NCBI GenBank assembly: GCA_030613005.1
Contig: JAUWMV010000001.1
Location: 107,289-139,288 of the forward strand
Reading direction: 5' to 3'
DNA from: a bacterium
Lineage (GTDB): Bacteria; UBP14; UBA6098; B30-G16
Length of the DNA: 32,000 nt
The translations under genes and the position numbers were made by a program. Position 1 is the first letter of the stretch. Every line of letters begins with the position of its first letter. Below are positions 1 through 9,245 of the stretch, in pieces. The notes under the pieces were generated by a model, which worked only from the letters and a program-made list of their open reading frames with translations, did no database searches and had not been told where the DNA came from.

Positions 1-1
1 A

Positions 2-625
2 GAGAAGAAGCCTGTATGGGTTTCTATGGGGAGAATTGCAGGTAGTGGTGGATATTATGTTGCAACTCCTGCTGAAAAAATTTATGCAAGCAAAACTACA
101 ATTACCGGGTCCATTGGTGTTTATGGAGGCAAATTTTCACTCTCAAATTTATTTGATAAGTTGGGACTAACGGTTAATCGAATTTACCTTTCGCCTAATG
201 CCAATATATGGTCGCTCTTAGATACATTTACAGTTTCCCAACGTGAGAGATATAGGAAGAATATGCTCTATACATACGATATCTTTAAGGATCGAGTTCT
301 CGAGGGTCGCAGTGGTTTGAATGCAGATTCTCTCGAAAAAATGGCACAAGGAAAAATTCATATGGGTTTAACAGCTAAACGTCTTGGACTTATCGATGAA
401 ATAGGTGGATTTTCACAGGTTGTGAATGACCTTTCTAATAAACTTAACCTTAAAGATGAGTATGAAATAAAAATTTATTCTCATTATCCGAGATTTGGAC
501 TTTTGATGACATTGTCTCAGCTTGGATTAATTCCGGAAGGCTTAAATTTGGATATTCTAGGGGATGCATTATATTTCAATGAGGATTTTATTTATTTAGT
601 TCCATATAAAATCGAGCTCAAATAA
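2..625 (+). CDS. sppA: Signal peptide peptidase SppA (peptidase S49), 3' part; truncated by window start
   Basis: The frame is open upstream of the listed ATG (26) to the window edge, giving EKKPVWVSMGRIAGSGGYYVATPAEKIYASKTTITGSIGVYG. This matches the S49 catalytic Ser block (SGGYY) and the following TGSIGV segment. Confidence 0.93.
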   Translation, partial: EKKPVWVSMGRIAGSGGYYVATPAEKIYASKTTITGSIGVYGGKFSLSNLFDKLGLTVNRIYLSPNANIWSLLDTFTVSQRERYRKNMLYTYDIFKDRVLEGRSGLNADSLEKMAQGKIHMGLTAKRLGLIDEIGGFSQVVNDLSNKLNLKDEYEIKIYSHYPRFGLLMTLSQLGLIPEGLNLDILGDALYFNEDFIYLVPYKIELK

Positions 626-634
626 GGCATAAAA

Positions 635-1657
635 ATGAAAATCGCAATCGTCGGTGCAACAGGTTTGGTTGGCAGGATTATGATCGATGAGCTTGCCTCC
701 GGTGATTTTGATATTCCTATTCACAAGCTATTTCTTATTGCCTCTGGTGATTCAGCGGGGAAAAAAATTAGATTCAAAAAGGAAGATATTTACGTTCATT
801 CTTTGATAGAGCAAGATATTCCCGCTGTCGATATTGCTTTGTTTGCGGTAGATTCTGCTCTTGCTATTGAATATGTCCCCAAATTCATAAAAAAGGGAGC
901 GATAGTTATCGATAATTCCTCCGCTTTTAGACTTAAAGAAAATGCACCTCTAATAGTTCCTGAGGTTAATCCCGACTTGATTGCCAATTCAGAATTGATT
1001 GCCAATCCCAACTGTTCCACGATACAATTAGTCGTGGTTTTAAAACCTCTTATGAAATTTGGATTGGCAAAGGTTTTTGTTGCTACGTATCAGGGTATTT
1101 CCGGTGCAGGAAAAGATGCACTTATGAGTTTTATTAAGGAGTGTAAAAATACTTCAGAACATATACAGAATGTTTCTTTGCTGAATATTCTTGGCAAAAA
1201 TCCGGTTATAAGTGATGAGTTGATCCCATTTTTTGGAAATGTTATTCCAGCTATCGGAAATTTGAATAGTTGTGGTGACAGTGCAGAGGAAACCAAACTG
1301 AAACTCGAGACAAGGAAAATTCTGAATATTCCAGATATGCAAATATTCGTTACAGCAGTTAGAGTTCCCGTTATTAATGCACATAGTGAGGTCGTTTTTG
1401 TCGAGTTTGAATGTGAGATAGAATATAAAGAAATCGTTAGCTCATTACAATCTGCTGCGGGAATAGAGTTCGACGAACCGTATCCTACTCCTATTCATGT
1501 TACTGGTTGTCGCAAGGTTTATGTGGGCAGAATTAGACAGGATACCGAAAATAAAAAAATCTATCAGTTTTTTATCGTAGCGGATAATCTTAGAAAAGGT
1601 GCTGCTACGAATGCTCTTCAAATTGCTGAGGAAATTGCCAAAAGAAAACCGGTATGA
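635..1657 (+). CDS. asd: Aspartate-semialdehyde dehydrogenase
   Basis: Contains N-terminal VGATGLVGRIM nucleotide-binding motif, active-site NPNCSTIQLV and YQGISGAGK, and full length of 340 aa. Confidence 0.95.
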   Translation: MKIAIVGATGLVGRIMIDELASGDFDIPIHKLFLIASGDSAGKKIRFKKEDIYVHSLIEQDIPAVDIALFAVDSALAIEYVPKFIKKGAIVIDNSSAFRLKENAPLIVPEVNPDLIANSELIANPNCSTIQLVVVLKPLMKFGLAKVFVATYQGISGAGKDALMSFIKECKNTSEHIQNVSLLNILGKNPVISDELIPFFGNVIPAIGNLNSCGDSAEETKLKLETRKILNIPDMQIFVTAVRVPVINAHSEVVFVEFECEIEYKEIVSSLQSAAGIEFDEPYPTPIHVTGCRKVYVGRIRQDTENKKIYQFFIVADNLRKGAATNALQIAEEIAKRKPV

Positions 1658-1664
1658 AAACAAA

Positions 1665-1682
1665 AAACCTATGAAGGTTTAT
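1665..1682 (+). terminator. Weak hairpin AAAACC-TATGAA-GGTTTT downstream of asd
   Basis: 6-bp perfect stem with 6-nt loop followed by an AT-rich run, located just after the asd stop. Confidence 0.3.
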
Positions 1683-1737
1683 TATATTGAATTAGGTAAT
1701 AATATTGCTTCAAAAGGATTGAAAGTTTGACAGTTTA

Positions 1738-1920
1738 TTAGAATTCACCAGGTCTTTTTGCTCTAAACTTCTCGAATAATCCCCAGACAATTATTGTAAG
1801 CAAAATTTCGAATAAATATACTACAGTCATAAATTCTCGACTTAGACCGAATGCAAGGGTAAGAACAAACGGTATTAGAGCAACAATTAACCAAAAAAAC
1901 CAGTTATGAATTATTCTCAT
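1738..1920 (-). CDS. Small hydrophobic membrane protein (60 aa), unknown function
   Basis: Strongly hydrophobic segments (WFFWLIVALIPFVLTLAFGL, VVYLFEILLTIIVWGLF). On the minus strand, GAGGACACA-ATG provides a plausible ribosome binding site. It fills the gap between asd and the next gene. Confidence 0.55.
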   Translation of the reverse strand: MRIIHNWFFWLIVALIPFVLTLAFGLSREFMTVVYLFEILLTIIVWGLFEKFRAKRPGEF

Positions 1921-1973
1921 TGTGTCCTCGCATTTTTAAATTGCTATCTTACGATAATATTATAAAATAGAAC

Positions 1974-2498
1974 GTGAAAGGTCAAGAGGAAACGGAGGTT
2001 GTCTTGACTTCCAATATTAACCGTCCAACATGGGATGAGTATTTTATGGCTGTAGCTTTTCTTGTATCTTCACGATCAACATGCTTGCGAAGAAAAGTGG
2101 GAGCAATATTGGTTAGAGATAGAAGAATCTTAGCCACTGGTTACAATGGACCGCCATCGGGATTTCCTCATTGTGATGAGATAGGTTGTCTAAGAGAGAA
2201 ATTGAAAATTCCGTCAGGTCAACGGCAGGAACTTTGCTGGGGAATTCATGCCGAACAAAATGCAATAATTCAGGCAGCATTATTTGGTGTTTCTACCCGG
2301 AATTCTAAGTTATACGCTACGACAAAACCGTGTATAACTTGTGCTAAAATTCTTGCAAACGCTGGGGTCGATGAAATATACATTTCACAAGATTATCCTG
2401 ATGAATTTTCGGATAAAATTTTCAGTGAGTTAAACATTAAGGTTTCATTCATTCCTAAACCTAATATTCATTTTTTGGATTATCAGGAGAGCAAATAA
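1974..2498 (+). CDS. dCMP deaminase / cytidine-deoxycytidylate deaminase family (ComEB-like)
   Basis: Zn-binding deaminase motifs [11 protein letters not shown] and [12 protein letters not shown]. The real start may be TTG 2004, preceded by GGAGG, rather than GTG 1974. Confidence 0.9.
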   Translation: MKGQEETEVVLTSNINRPTWDEYFMAVAFLVSSRSTCLRRKVGAILVRDRRILATGYNGPPSGFPHCDEIGCLREKLKIPSGQRQELCWGIHAEQNAIIQAALFGVSTRNSKLYATTKPCITCAKILANAGVDEIYISQDYPDEFSDKIFSELNIKVSFIPKPNIHFLDYQESK

Positions 2499-3001
2499 TG
2501 AAATGTCCATATTGCGGAGAATTGGATGATCACGTTGTGGATTCTCGGTTAGTCCGCGATGGACTGGCAATAAGAAGAAGAAGGGAATGCCAGTCTTGTA
2601 AAAAGCGCTTTACAACATATGAATACATCGAAAGATCTCCTTTACTTATCATTAAACGTAATGGAAATAGAGAGAACTATCAACGTGAAAAGTTACTTAA
2701 AGGGATTAGAGATGCTTGTCATAAACGCGTTATTTCTGCTGATGCTATTGATAATTTAGTGGATGATATCGAAGCTGAAATTTTTTCATTAGGAATGTCA
2801 GAAGTTCCATCAATGAAAATTGGTGTTATTGTTATGGATTACCTGAGGAAACTCGATGAGGTTGCATATGTGAGATTTGCATCGGTTTACAGGGAGTTTA
2901 AAGACGTTGAGGAGTTCAAGGAAATTTTAGTTGAGTTGAATAATCTCAAGCAATCGGAGGCTCTTAGAGAAGCTCAGCTTCCAATTGTAAAGGAGGAATA
3001 A
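2498..3001 (+). CDS. nrdR: Transcriptional repressor NrdR
   Basis: N-terminal Zn ribbon MKCPYCG...VVDSR...IRRRRECQSCKKRFTTYE, then an ATP-cone domain. TAATG overlap with the upstream gene. Confidence 0.95.
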   Translation: MKCPYCGELDDHVVDSRLVRDGLAIRRRRECQSCKKRFTTYEYIERSPLLIIKRNGNRENYQREKLLKGIRDACHKRVISADAIDNLVDDIEAEIFSLGMSEVPSMKIGVIVMDYLRKLDEVAYVRFASVYREFKDVEEFKEILVELNNLKQSEALREAQLPIVKEE

Positions 3002-4593
3002 TGTATAAGTCGATTATTTTAATTATCATTATCGCAATATCTGTATCTTTTACTCAAATGCCAGATGTAAACGTCTTCCATAATAATAAGCTTGAGCTGT
3101 TGGCTGTATTATCTTATTATGCAATGGATTCCGTTGATAGAGAGAATTACCTTTTCACAGATTCAAATGCTTTCCTTAATAATGTCACTGCATATTTCGA
3201 TTCTTTCTCAGGTCATAGAGCAATTAAAATGTACAGCAATTTGTTAGATAAAGGTTTGACAATCGAAGAGGCATGTTTTGTGCTTTTTCACTACAGAGAT
3301 TTGCCAGAAATGGAGCTTGAATACCCTATAGAAAATGTTGAGGGTTTTATCGATGGTATGAACCAAAAGAAAACGATAAAGGAATTAAAAAAGTGGGTCA
3401 ACGAGGTACGTTATTTCTCACACGAGACGATTTTTTTTGAGTTTCTTAATAATAACATTGAAGTGATATTTCCAAGCCTCACAACTGCAATTAATTATAT
3501 AAATTCAAAAAATATACTACCAAAAATTGCTAATTTTTACAAATTAGAAGAAAAAGATATTAAACCATATTTTTCCATGATTTTTAAGGGTGGATTTTCT
3601 TTTATGTCTCCAGGTGGTTTATATTGCTCTGTCTACGGACCGATTAGTTCAGATGGTCAATTTGTACAATTTATTGATGATTCGTTGGCTCAAAGAGTTA
3701 AATTGAACATTTCAGAAATTATAGTAGATAGTTTTGTTAACTTTTATAAAGACAGTATAATGCAGTCTAATATATTATATAACATTCTTGGTGATGATGC
3801 AAAAAAGGAATGTAGTGATTGGTTTTGTGCAGTGAAGAAACAGATAATATATGCATCACTGCCCAACCTGAGTGAAGATAATATTGAAGATATGATATTT
3901 TTTATTAGTTCAACAGAAAAGGGATATATATTCACTCCTTTTATCTCGCAAATTATGAAAGGTATAAAGCGGAATGCTAAATCGTTTAATGATATAATTA
4001 ATACTATTAATTTACATATCAACGGCATAGCTATAAACAATCCATTAATTCAAAGATATATGAAGCAGAGCCAAAGAAGTGATGTTAATAAGGAAAAGTA
4101 TATAGAGAAAAAATTAATAGCTTTAAAAAAGTCTGGTGTAAGAAAAGAAATGAAAGAGTATCTAAATATAGAATTGGAATCGCTATGGAGAACTGCATTA
4201 GGTTTCTGTAATGAGATTAAATATGAGACGATGATTAAGATAATAAATTTGAAGAGCATAAATGATTATAGTAACTCTATCCCGATAATAGAATGCATGT
4301 TATCCGATAGTTCTGGGAAAGGAATTAAATATTGGCAGGCAAAGCTTTTAATAGCAGAGATATATATAAAGGAAAATAATCTAGACAAAGCTGCTATTGA
4401 AGCAAAATCAGTTGAACTTGCAGAGATAGATAGTAATGTAACTGCAAATGCAATATGGATATTGGGAAGAATTGCTGAACATAAAGGTGACAAGATAATG
4501 GCTAAACAATATTATCAAAAAGCGTTAGAAGTATTCCCTGAATATCCTGAGGTTAAAATATCACTTTCAGCATTAGAAGATAAAGGATTGTAA
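3001..4593 (+). CDS. Hypothetical exported protein with C-terminal TPR repeats
   Basis: Hydrophobic N-terminus (MYKSIILIIIIAISVSFTQ). The C-terminus contains a TPR-like helix pair (ANAIWILGRIAEHKGDKIMAKQYYQKALEVFPEYPEV). TAATG overlap with nrdR. Confidence 0.7.
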   Translation: MYKSIILIIIIAISVSFTQMPDVNVFHNNKLELLAVLSYYAMDSVDRENYLFTDSNAFLNNVTAYFDSFSGHRAIKMYSNLLDKGLTIEEACFVLFHYRDLPEMELEYPIENVEGFIDGMNQKKTIKELKKWVNEVRYFSHETIFFEFLNNNIEVIFPSLTTAINYINSKNILPKIANFYKLEEKDIKPYFSMIFKGGFSFMSPGGLYCSVYGPISSDGQFVQFIDDSLAQRVKLNISEIIVDSFVNFYKDSIMQSNILYNILGDDAKKECSDWFCAVKKQIIYASLPNLSEDNIEDMIFFISSTEKGYIFTPFISQIMKGIKRNAKSFNDIINTINLHINGIAINNPLIQRYMKQSQRSDVNKEKYIEKKLIALKKSGVRKEMKEYLNIELESLWRTALGFCNEIKYETMIKIINLKSINDYSNSIPIIECMLSDSSGKGIKYWQAKLLIAEIYIKENNLDKAAIEAKSVELAEIDSNVTANAIWILGRIAEHKGDKIMAKQYYQKALEVFPEYPEVKISLSALEDKGL

Positions 4594-4596
4594 AAT

Positions 4597-5622
4597 ATGG
4601 TCATAGAAAAAGATAGACTTCAAAAAATAATAATCTCAATTAAGAAGAAAAAAATTGCCGTAATAGGCGATATAATGTTAGATAGGTATATATGGGGTGA
4701 TGTTGAGAGAATATCTCCTGAGGCACCTGTTCCTGTTGTAAAAGTTAAGACAGAAACAGAACGACCGGGAGGTGCTGCTAATGTTGCATGGAATATAAAA
4801 GAATTAGAAGCGGAACCGATTATTGTAAGTGTTATTGGAAAAGATACTTTCGGAGAAATTCTAAAAGAAAGCCTTGAAGGACTGAGAATAAAAACAAAAT
4901 ACATAATAGAAGATATAAGAAGAACAACAACAACTAAAACAAGAATAATAGCTAACAATCAACAGATTACAAGAGTTGACAGAGAGAGTAATAATGATTT
5001 AAGAGATAACCTAAGGAAAAAGGTTTTGGAAAAATTTATGGAAATTATCCATTCCGTCTCGGTCGTTGTAATTTCTGATTATGGAAAAGGAGTTGTCACT
5101 TCTTGGCTTTTAAAGAGAATAATTTCGGAAACCATTAGAAAAAAGGTCTTTATTATTGTTGATCCTAAGGAGAGTCATTTTAAACTTTATAATGGAGCTT
5201 CACTAATCACTCCGAACGAAAAGGAAGCTGGGAATGCAGTGTCGATAAAAATTTGTGATGAGAAATCTCTGATAAAGGCTGGAAAAAAATTAAAAACTCT
5301 TTCAAAGGTAGACAATATTTTGATAACACGGGGTTCCAAAGGAATGAGTTTATTTGCTAACGATGGATATATACAGCATTTTCCCACAATGGCACGTCAA
5401 GTTTTTGACATTACAGGTGCAGGTGATACAGTTGTTGCTGCATTGGCAGCTGCGATAAGTTCCGGTGCATCATTGCGAGAAGCAGCGATATTTTCATCTC
5501 ATGCGGCAGGTATTGTGGTTGGAAAAATTGGAACAGCTACTGCAACTGCTGATGAAATTATAGCAAGTATTAGGATGGAAGAGAATAAAAAGTATAATGT
5601 TGATCATGTACCGAAAAGATGA
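4597..5622 (+). CDS. rfaE1: PfkB-family D-glycero-beta-D-manno-heptose-7-phosphate kinase domain protein (RfaE1/HldE kinase domain only)
   Basis: GDIMLDRYIWGDVERISPEAPVPVV, ERPGGAANVAWNI and the ribokinase signature DITGAGDTVVAALAAA. No C-terminal adenylyltransferase domain. Confidence 0.88.
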   Translation: MVIEKDRLQKIIISIKKKKIAVIGDIMLDRYIWGDVERISPEAPVPVVKVKTETERPGGAANVAWNIKELEAEPIIVSVIGKDTFGEILKESLEGLRIKTKYIIEDIRRTTTTKTRIIANNQQITRVDRESNNDLRDNLRKKVLEKFMEIIHSVSVVVISDYGKGVVTSWLLKRIISETIRKKVFIIVDPKESHFKLYNGASLITPNEKEAGNAVSIKICDEKSLIKAGKKLKTLSKVDNILITRGSKGMSLFANDGYIQHFPTMARQVFDITGAGDTVVAALAAAISSGASLREAAIFSSHAAGIVVGKIGTATATADEIIASIRMEENKKYNVDHVPKR

Positions 5623-5711
5623 GAAAATATTTTCTTTAATTTATTATGTAATATAACATATATTAAGAAAAATTCTAATAATCTAATAAGAAGAAGTTTG
5701 GAATAAGCAAA

Positions 5712-6098
5712 ATGTTTGAGCTTTCAGTAAAAGGTACGTTTTCTGCTGCACATAATATATGTGGATATGAGGGAGAATGTGCAAATATTCACGGACACAA
5801 CTGGGTTGTTGAAATTCGTGTTGGCGCAGATAAGCTCGATAGAATAGGTATGTCCTTGGATTTTAAAGTAATTAAGAAGATTTTAATGAAAGTAATAGGT
5901 TCCCTCGATCACACATATTTAAACGAAAATCCATTTTTATCGGGTTTGAATCCTACTGCCGAAAATCTTGCGATAGTTATTTCAAAAGGTATGTCTAGTC
6001 TGCTCCCTGAAAATGCAAAATTAATTGCTGTAACTGTTTGGGAATCGGATAATTCATCTATAACATATTATAGTCAGGAAAGTTATTTGAGAGATTGA
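5712..6098 (+). CDS. queD: 6-carboxy-5,6,7,8-tetrahydropterin synthase / 6-pyruvoyl-tetrahydropterin synthase family
   Basis: FSAAHNICGYEGECANIHGHNW (C-x3-HGH), then MSLDFKVIKK, SLDHTYLNE and NPTAENLA. Confidence 0.88.
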   Translation: MFELSVKGTFSAAHNICGYEGECANIHGHNWVVEIRVGADKLDRIGMSLDFKVIKKILMKVIGSLDHTYLNENPFLSGLNPTAENLAIVISKGMSSLLPENAKLIAVTVWESDNSSITYYSQESYLRD

Positions 6099-6160
6099 AA
6101 AAATAATTTTATCTTTATAGAATTTAATTTTTATGTTTATATCTTTATAATCGACTCTAA

Positions 6161-9025
6161 TTAACTTGAAATCGGAATAGCTTTTTTCTTCAGGAATTTT
6201 CTTAAAAAACTACCTGTAATCGATTTTTCGGTTTGGGCAATTTTTTCAGGTGTTCCTTGACCTACAATTTCTCCACCTGCATCTCCACCATCCGGTCCTA
6301 AGTCAATTATCCAATCGGAATGAGCTATTACATCGAGATTATGCTCGATAATCAGAACTGTATTACGCTTTTCAACAAGTTTGTCAAGTACACCAAGGAG
6401 CACTTTGACATCGAATGCATGAAGTCCGACTGTTGGTTCGTCGAGGATGTAGATTGTGTTCCCAGTGGCTGTATGTGACAACTCTCTGGACAGTTTAACT
6501 CGTTGAGCCTCTCCACCAGACAAAGTTGTTGCAGGTTGACCCAATTTTATATATCCAAGACCTACATCTCTGACAACTTTAAGTTTTTTAGCGATTGGAG
6601 GGATATTTTCAAATAGACTCAATGCTTCCTCAACTGTCATATTCAAAACATCAGCAATGGATTTTCCCTTATATTTTATCTCTAAAGTTTCAGGTTTGTA
6701 ACGTTTTCCTTTACATTCTTCGCATTTAATATAGATATCCGGAAGGAAGTGCATTTCAAGCTTTATAACGCCGTTACCTTTACAGGACTCGCAACGACCA
6801 CCGCGAACATTGAATGAAAATCTTCCTGGTTTATAACCTCTTGCTCTCGATTCTGGTAAAGATGCGAATAATTCTCTTATAGGACCGAAAACCTTCGTGT
6901 ATGTTGCAGGATTCGACCTTGGAGTGCGACCTATTGGGGATTGATCTATGTTTATTACTTTATCGAGATTATTTAAACCTTCTATTCTCTTATAATTTAA
7001 TGGCTTACGATGAGCTCTGTGATAATATCGAGCTAATATAGGATACAATGTTTCGTTTACGAGAGTACTCTTTCCTGAGCCAGATACACCAGTTATACAA
7101 ACAAATTGACCAAGTGGGATTTTTACATTGATATTTTTAAGATTGTGTCCTTTAGCACCAAATAAAGTTAAATTCCAACTATTTCCTTTTCGACGTTTAG
7201 TGGGTATCGGGATTTTAAGTTTACCGTTCAAATATTGACCAGTGAGGCTTTTGGTTTCCTTGCGTATAGATTCTAGATCCCCTGTTGCAACAATTTTTCC
7301 ACCTTGAATACCTGCACCAGGGCCAAGGTCCACAATGAAATCCGCGTTTTCAATTACTAGTCTATCATGTTCAACAATAATAACCGTATTGCCAAGTTCT
7401 TTGAGCTGTATTAAAGTATTGATAAGCCTTTCCGTATCCCTTGAATGAAGACCTATTGTGGGTTCATCGAGCACATAAAGAACACCTACAAGTCTGGAGC
7501 CGATTTGTGTGGCGAGATGTATTCTCTGTGCTTCACCACCCGATAATGAATGCGAGACTCTATCCAAGGTTAAATATCCAACTCCGACATCGCATAGGAA
7601 GTTTAATCGGTCACTTATTTCTTTTATTATTTGCTTAGCAATCTTGTTTTGAGTCGTGGTTAATTTTTTGGGAAGTTCTAAGAAAAAATCTTTTGCTTCC
7701 TCGATAGAAAAAGTAATCATTTCTTGGATTGTGATACCGGCAACTTTGACAGCTCTAGATTCCGGTCTTAATCTTGAACCACCGCATTCTGAACAGTTTT
7801 GCGCAACCATAAATCGCTCAATCCAGGCTCTAATAGCATTTGAATCCGTTTGTCTATATCGTCTTTGTAAGTTTTTAATCACTCCCTCATACTTTCCTAA
7901 CCAGGTTCCTTTATGCTTTCCATTTGATGATTCGTATTCGACTTTAATTTCATCATCGCTGCCATATAGAACAATGTTTTTATGTTCTTCGCATAGAGAT
8001 TTCCATGGTTTGTGCAGAGGTATTTTATATTTATTAGCAAGTGATTTTAATTGGCTGAAATGCCAACTTCCAACGTTATCCTGCCATATTGAAATTGCAC
8101 CTTCATGAATAGAAAGTCTTAGATCAGGAATAATAAGATCTGGGTCGACTCTCATTTGGACTCCCAAACCGGAACATACAGGACACGCACCATACGGAGA
8201 ATTAAATGAGAACATTCTAGGAGAGAGCTCACTCAAGCTTGTCCCGCATATTGGGCAACCCATTTTCTCGGAATACAAAGTTATTTTTTCGGTTTCATAA
8301 TCAAGAACTGCTATCAGTCCATCACCATAAGAAAGAGTTGTTTCGACAGATTCAGCCAATCTTTGTCGATACTTATTATCAACTTTGAGTCGGTCAACAA
8401 CAAGTTCGATGGTATGCTTTTTATTCTTGTCTAAAATTATATGCTCATCCATCATGCGAATCTGGCTATCGACTCTAACGCGCAGGAAGCCTTCCTTTTG
8501 AAGCTTCTCGAAAAGTGCTTTATGCTCACCCTTTCGACCCCTAACAATGGGTGCAAGTAAAAATATTCTGTGGTTCTTCGGCATAGACAGGATACTATCA
8601 ACAATTCCCTTAACTGTCCATCGCTCAATTTGTTTACCACAAATCCAACAGTATGGTGTTCCGATTCTAGCATATAGAAGTCGCATATAATCGTATATTT
8701 CCGTTGCTGTTGCAACAGTAGATCTTGGGTTGTGTGAAGCTTTTCGTTGTTGGATTGCTATTGCAGGAGAGAGTCCATCGATTCTGTCTACGTCTGGTTT
8801 TTCCATTAATGAGAGGAACTGTCGTGCATAAGCTGAAAGAGATTCCACATATCTTCTTTGTCCTTCGGCAAATATCGTATCAAATGCGAGTGAACTCTTA
8901 CCTGAGCCGGATAAGCCAGTAATTACTATTAACTTATTCCTAGGAATCTTCACTGAAATTTCTTTCAGATTGTGTTCACGAGCTTTTTGTACGTTTATAT
9001 ATTTTTCCATTACAAGGTCTAACAT
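6161..9025 (-). CDS. uvrA: Excinuclease ABC subunit UvrA
   Basis: Two Walker A motifs (GLSGSGKSSLAFDT, GVSGSGKSTLV), two ABC signatures (HSLSGGEAQRI, TTLSGGEAQRV), Zn-finger cysteine modules and 954 aa. The start could be the downstream MEKYINVQKA (9010). Confidence 0.98.
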   Translation of the reverse strand: MLDLVMEKYINVQKAREHNLKEISVKIPRNKLIVITGLSGSGKSSLAFDTIFAEGQRRYVESLSAYARQFLSLMEKPDVDRIDGLSPAIAIQQRKASHNPRSTVATATEIYDYMRLLYARIGTPYCWICGKQIERWTVKGIVDSILSMPKNHRIFLLAPIVRGRKGEHKALFEKLQKEGFLRVRVDSQIRMMDEHIILDKNKKHTIELVVDRLKVDNKYRQRLAESVETTLSYGDGLIAVLDYETEKITLYSEKMGCPICGTSLSELSPRMFSFNSPYGACPVCSGLGVQMRVDPDLIIPDLRLSIHEGAISIWQDNVGSWHFSQLKSLANKYKIPLHKPWKSLCEEHKNIVLYGSDDEIKVEYESSNGKHKGTWLGKYEGVIKNLQRRYRQTDSNAIRAWIERFMVAQNCSECGGSRLRPESRAVKVAGITIQEMITFSIEEAKDFFLELPKKLTTTQNKIAKQIIKEISDRLNFLCDVGVGYLTLDRVSHSLSGGEAQRIHLATQIGSRLVGVLYVLDEPTIGLHSRDTERLINTLIQLKELGNTVIIVEHDRLVIENADFIVDLGPGAGIQGGKIVATGDLESIRKETKSLTGQYLNGKLKIPIPTKRRKGNSWNLTLFGAKGHNLKNINVKIPLGQFVCITGVSGSGKSTLVNETLYPILARYYHRAHRKPLNYKRIEGLNNLDKVINIDQSPIGRTPRSNPATYTKVFGPIRELFASLPESRARGYKPGRFSFNVRGGRCESCKGNGVIKLEMHFLPDIYIKCEECKGKRYKPETLEIKYKGKSIADVLNMTVEEALSLFENIPPIAKKLKVVRDVGLGYIKLGQPATTLSGGEAQRVKLSRELSHTATGNTIYILDEPTVGLHAFDVKVLLGVLDKLVEKRNTVLIIEHNLDVIAHSDWIIDLGPDGGDAGGEIVGQGTPEKIAQTEKSITGSFLRKFLKKKAIPISS

Positions 9026-9245
9026 TTAAAAGAAATTAATTGTGAATCTTAACTATAGCTAATTCTCAAAGTTCTAATACACCAAATGAAAATCATATAT
9101 GTTCATTAGCTATTGCGATTTTTTTTAAAAACCATAACTTATATAATCGTTGATTAGATTAACAAGGTCAAGATATTTGGAATGATATGTTATGAAAATT
9201 TTCAAGAGTTTAAAACTCAATGAGTTATTTGGAGGAGAGGAAGTG

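Noticed and set aside
4920-4945. Short ACA/ACT microrepeat in rfaE1
   Set aside because: Encodes TTTTK within a conserved frame. Too short to be meaningful.
7656-8108. 150-aa plus-strand ORF opposite uvrA
   Set aside because: Antisense to a clearly conserved uvrA frame. Cys/Leu-rich composition typical of shadow ORFs, and no recognisable domain.
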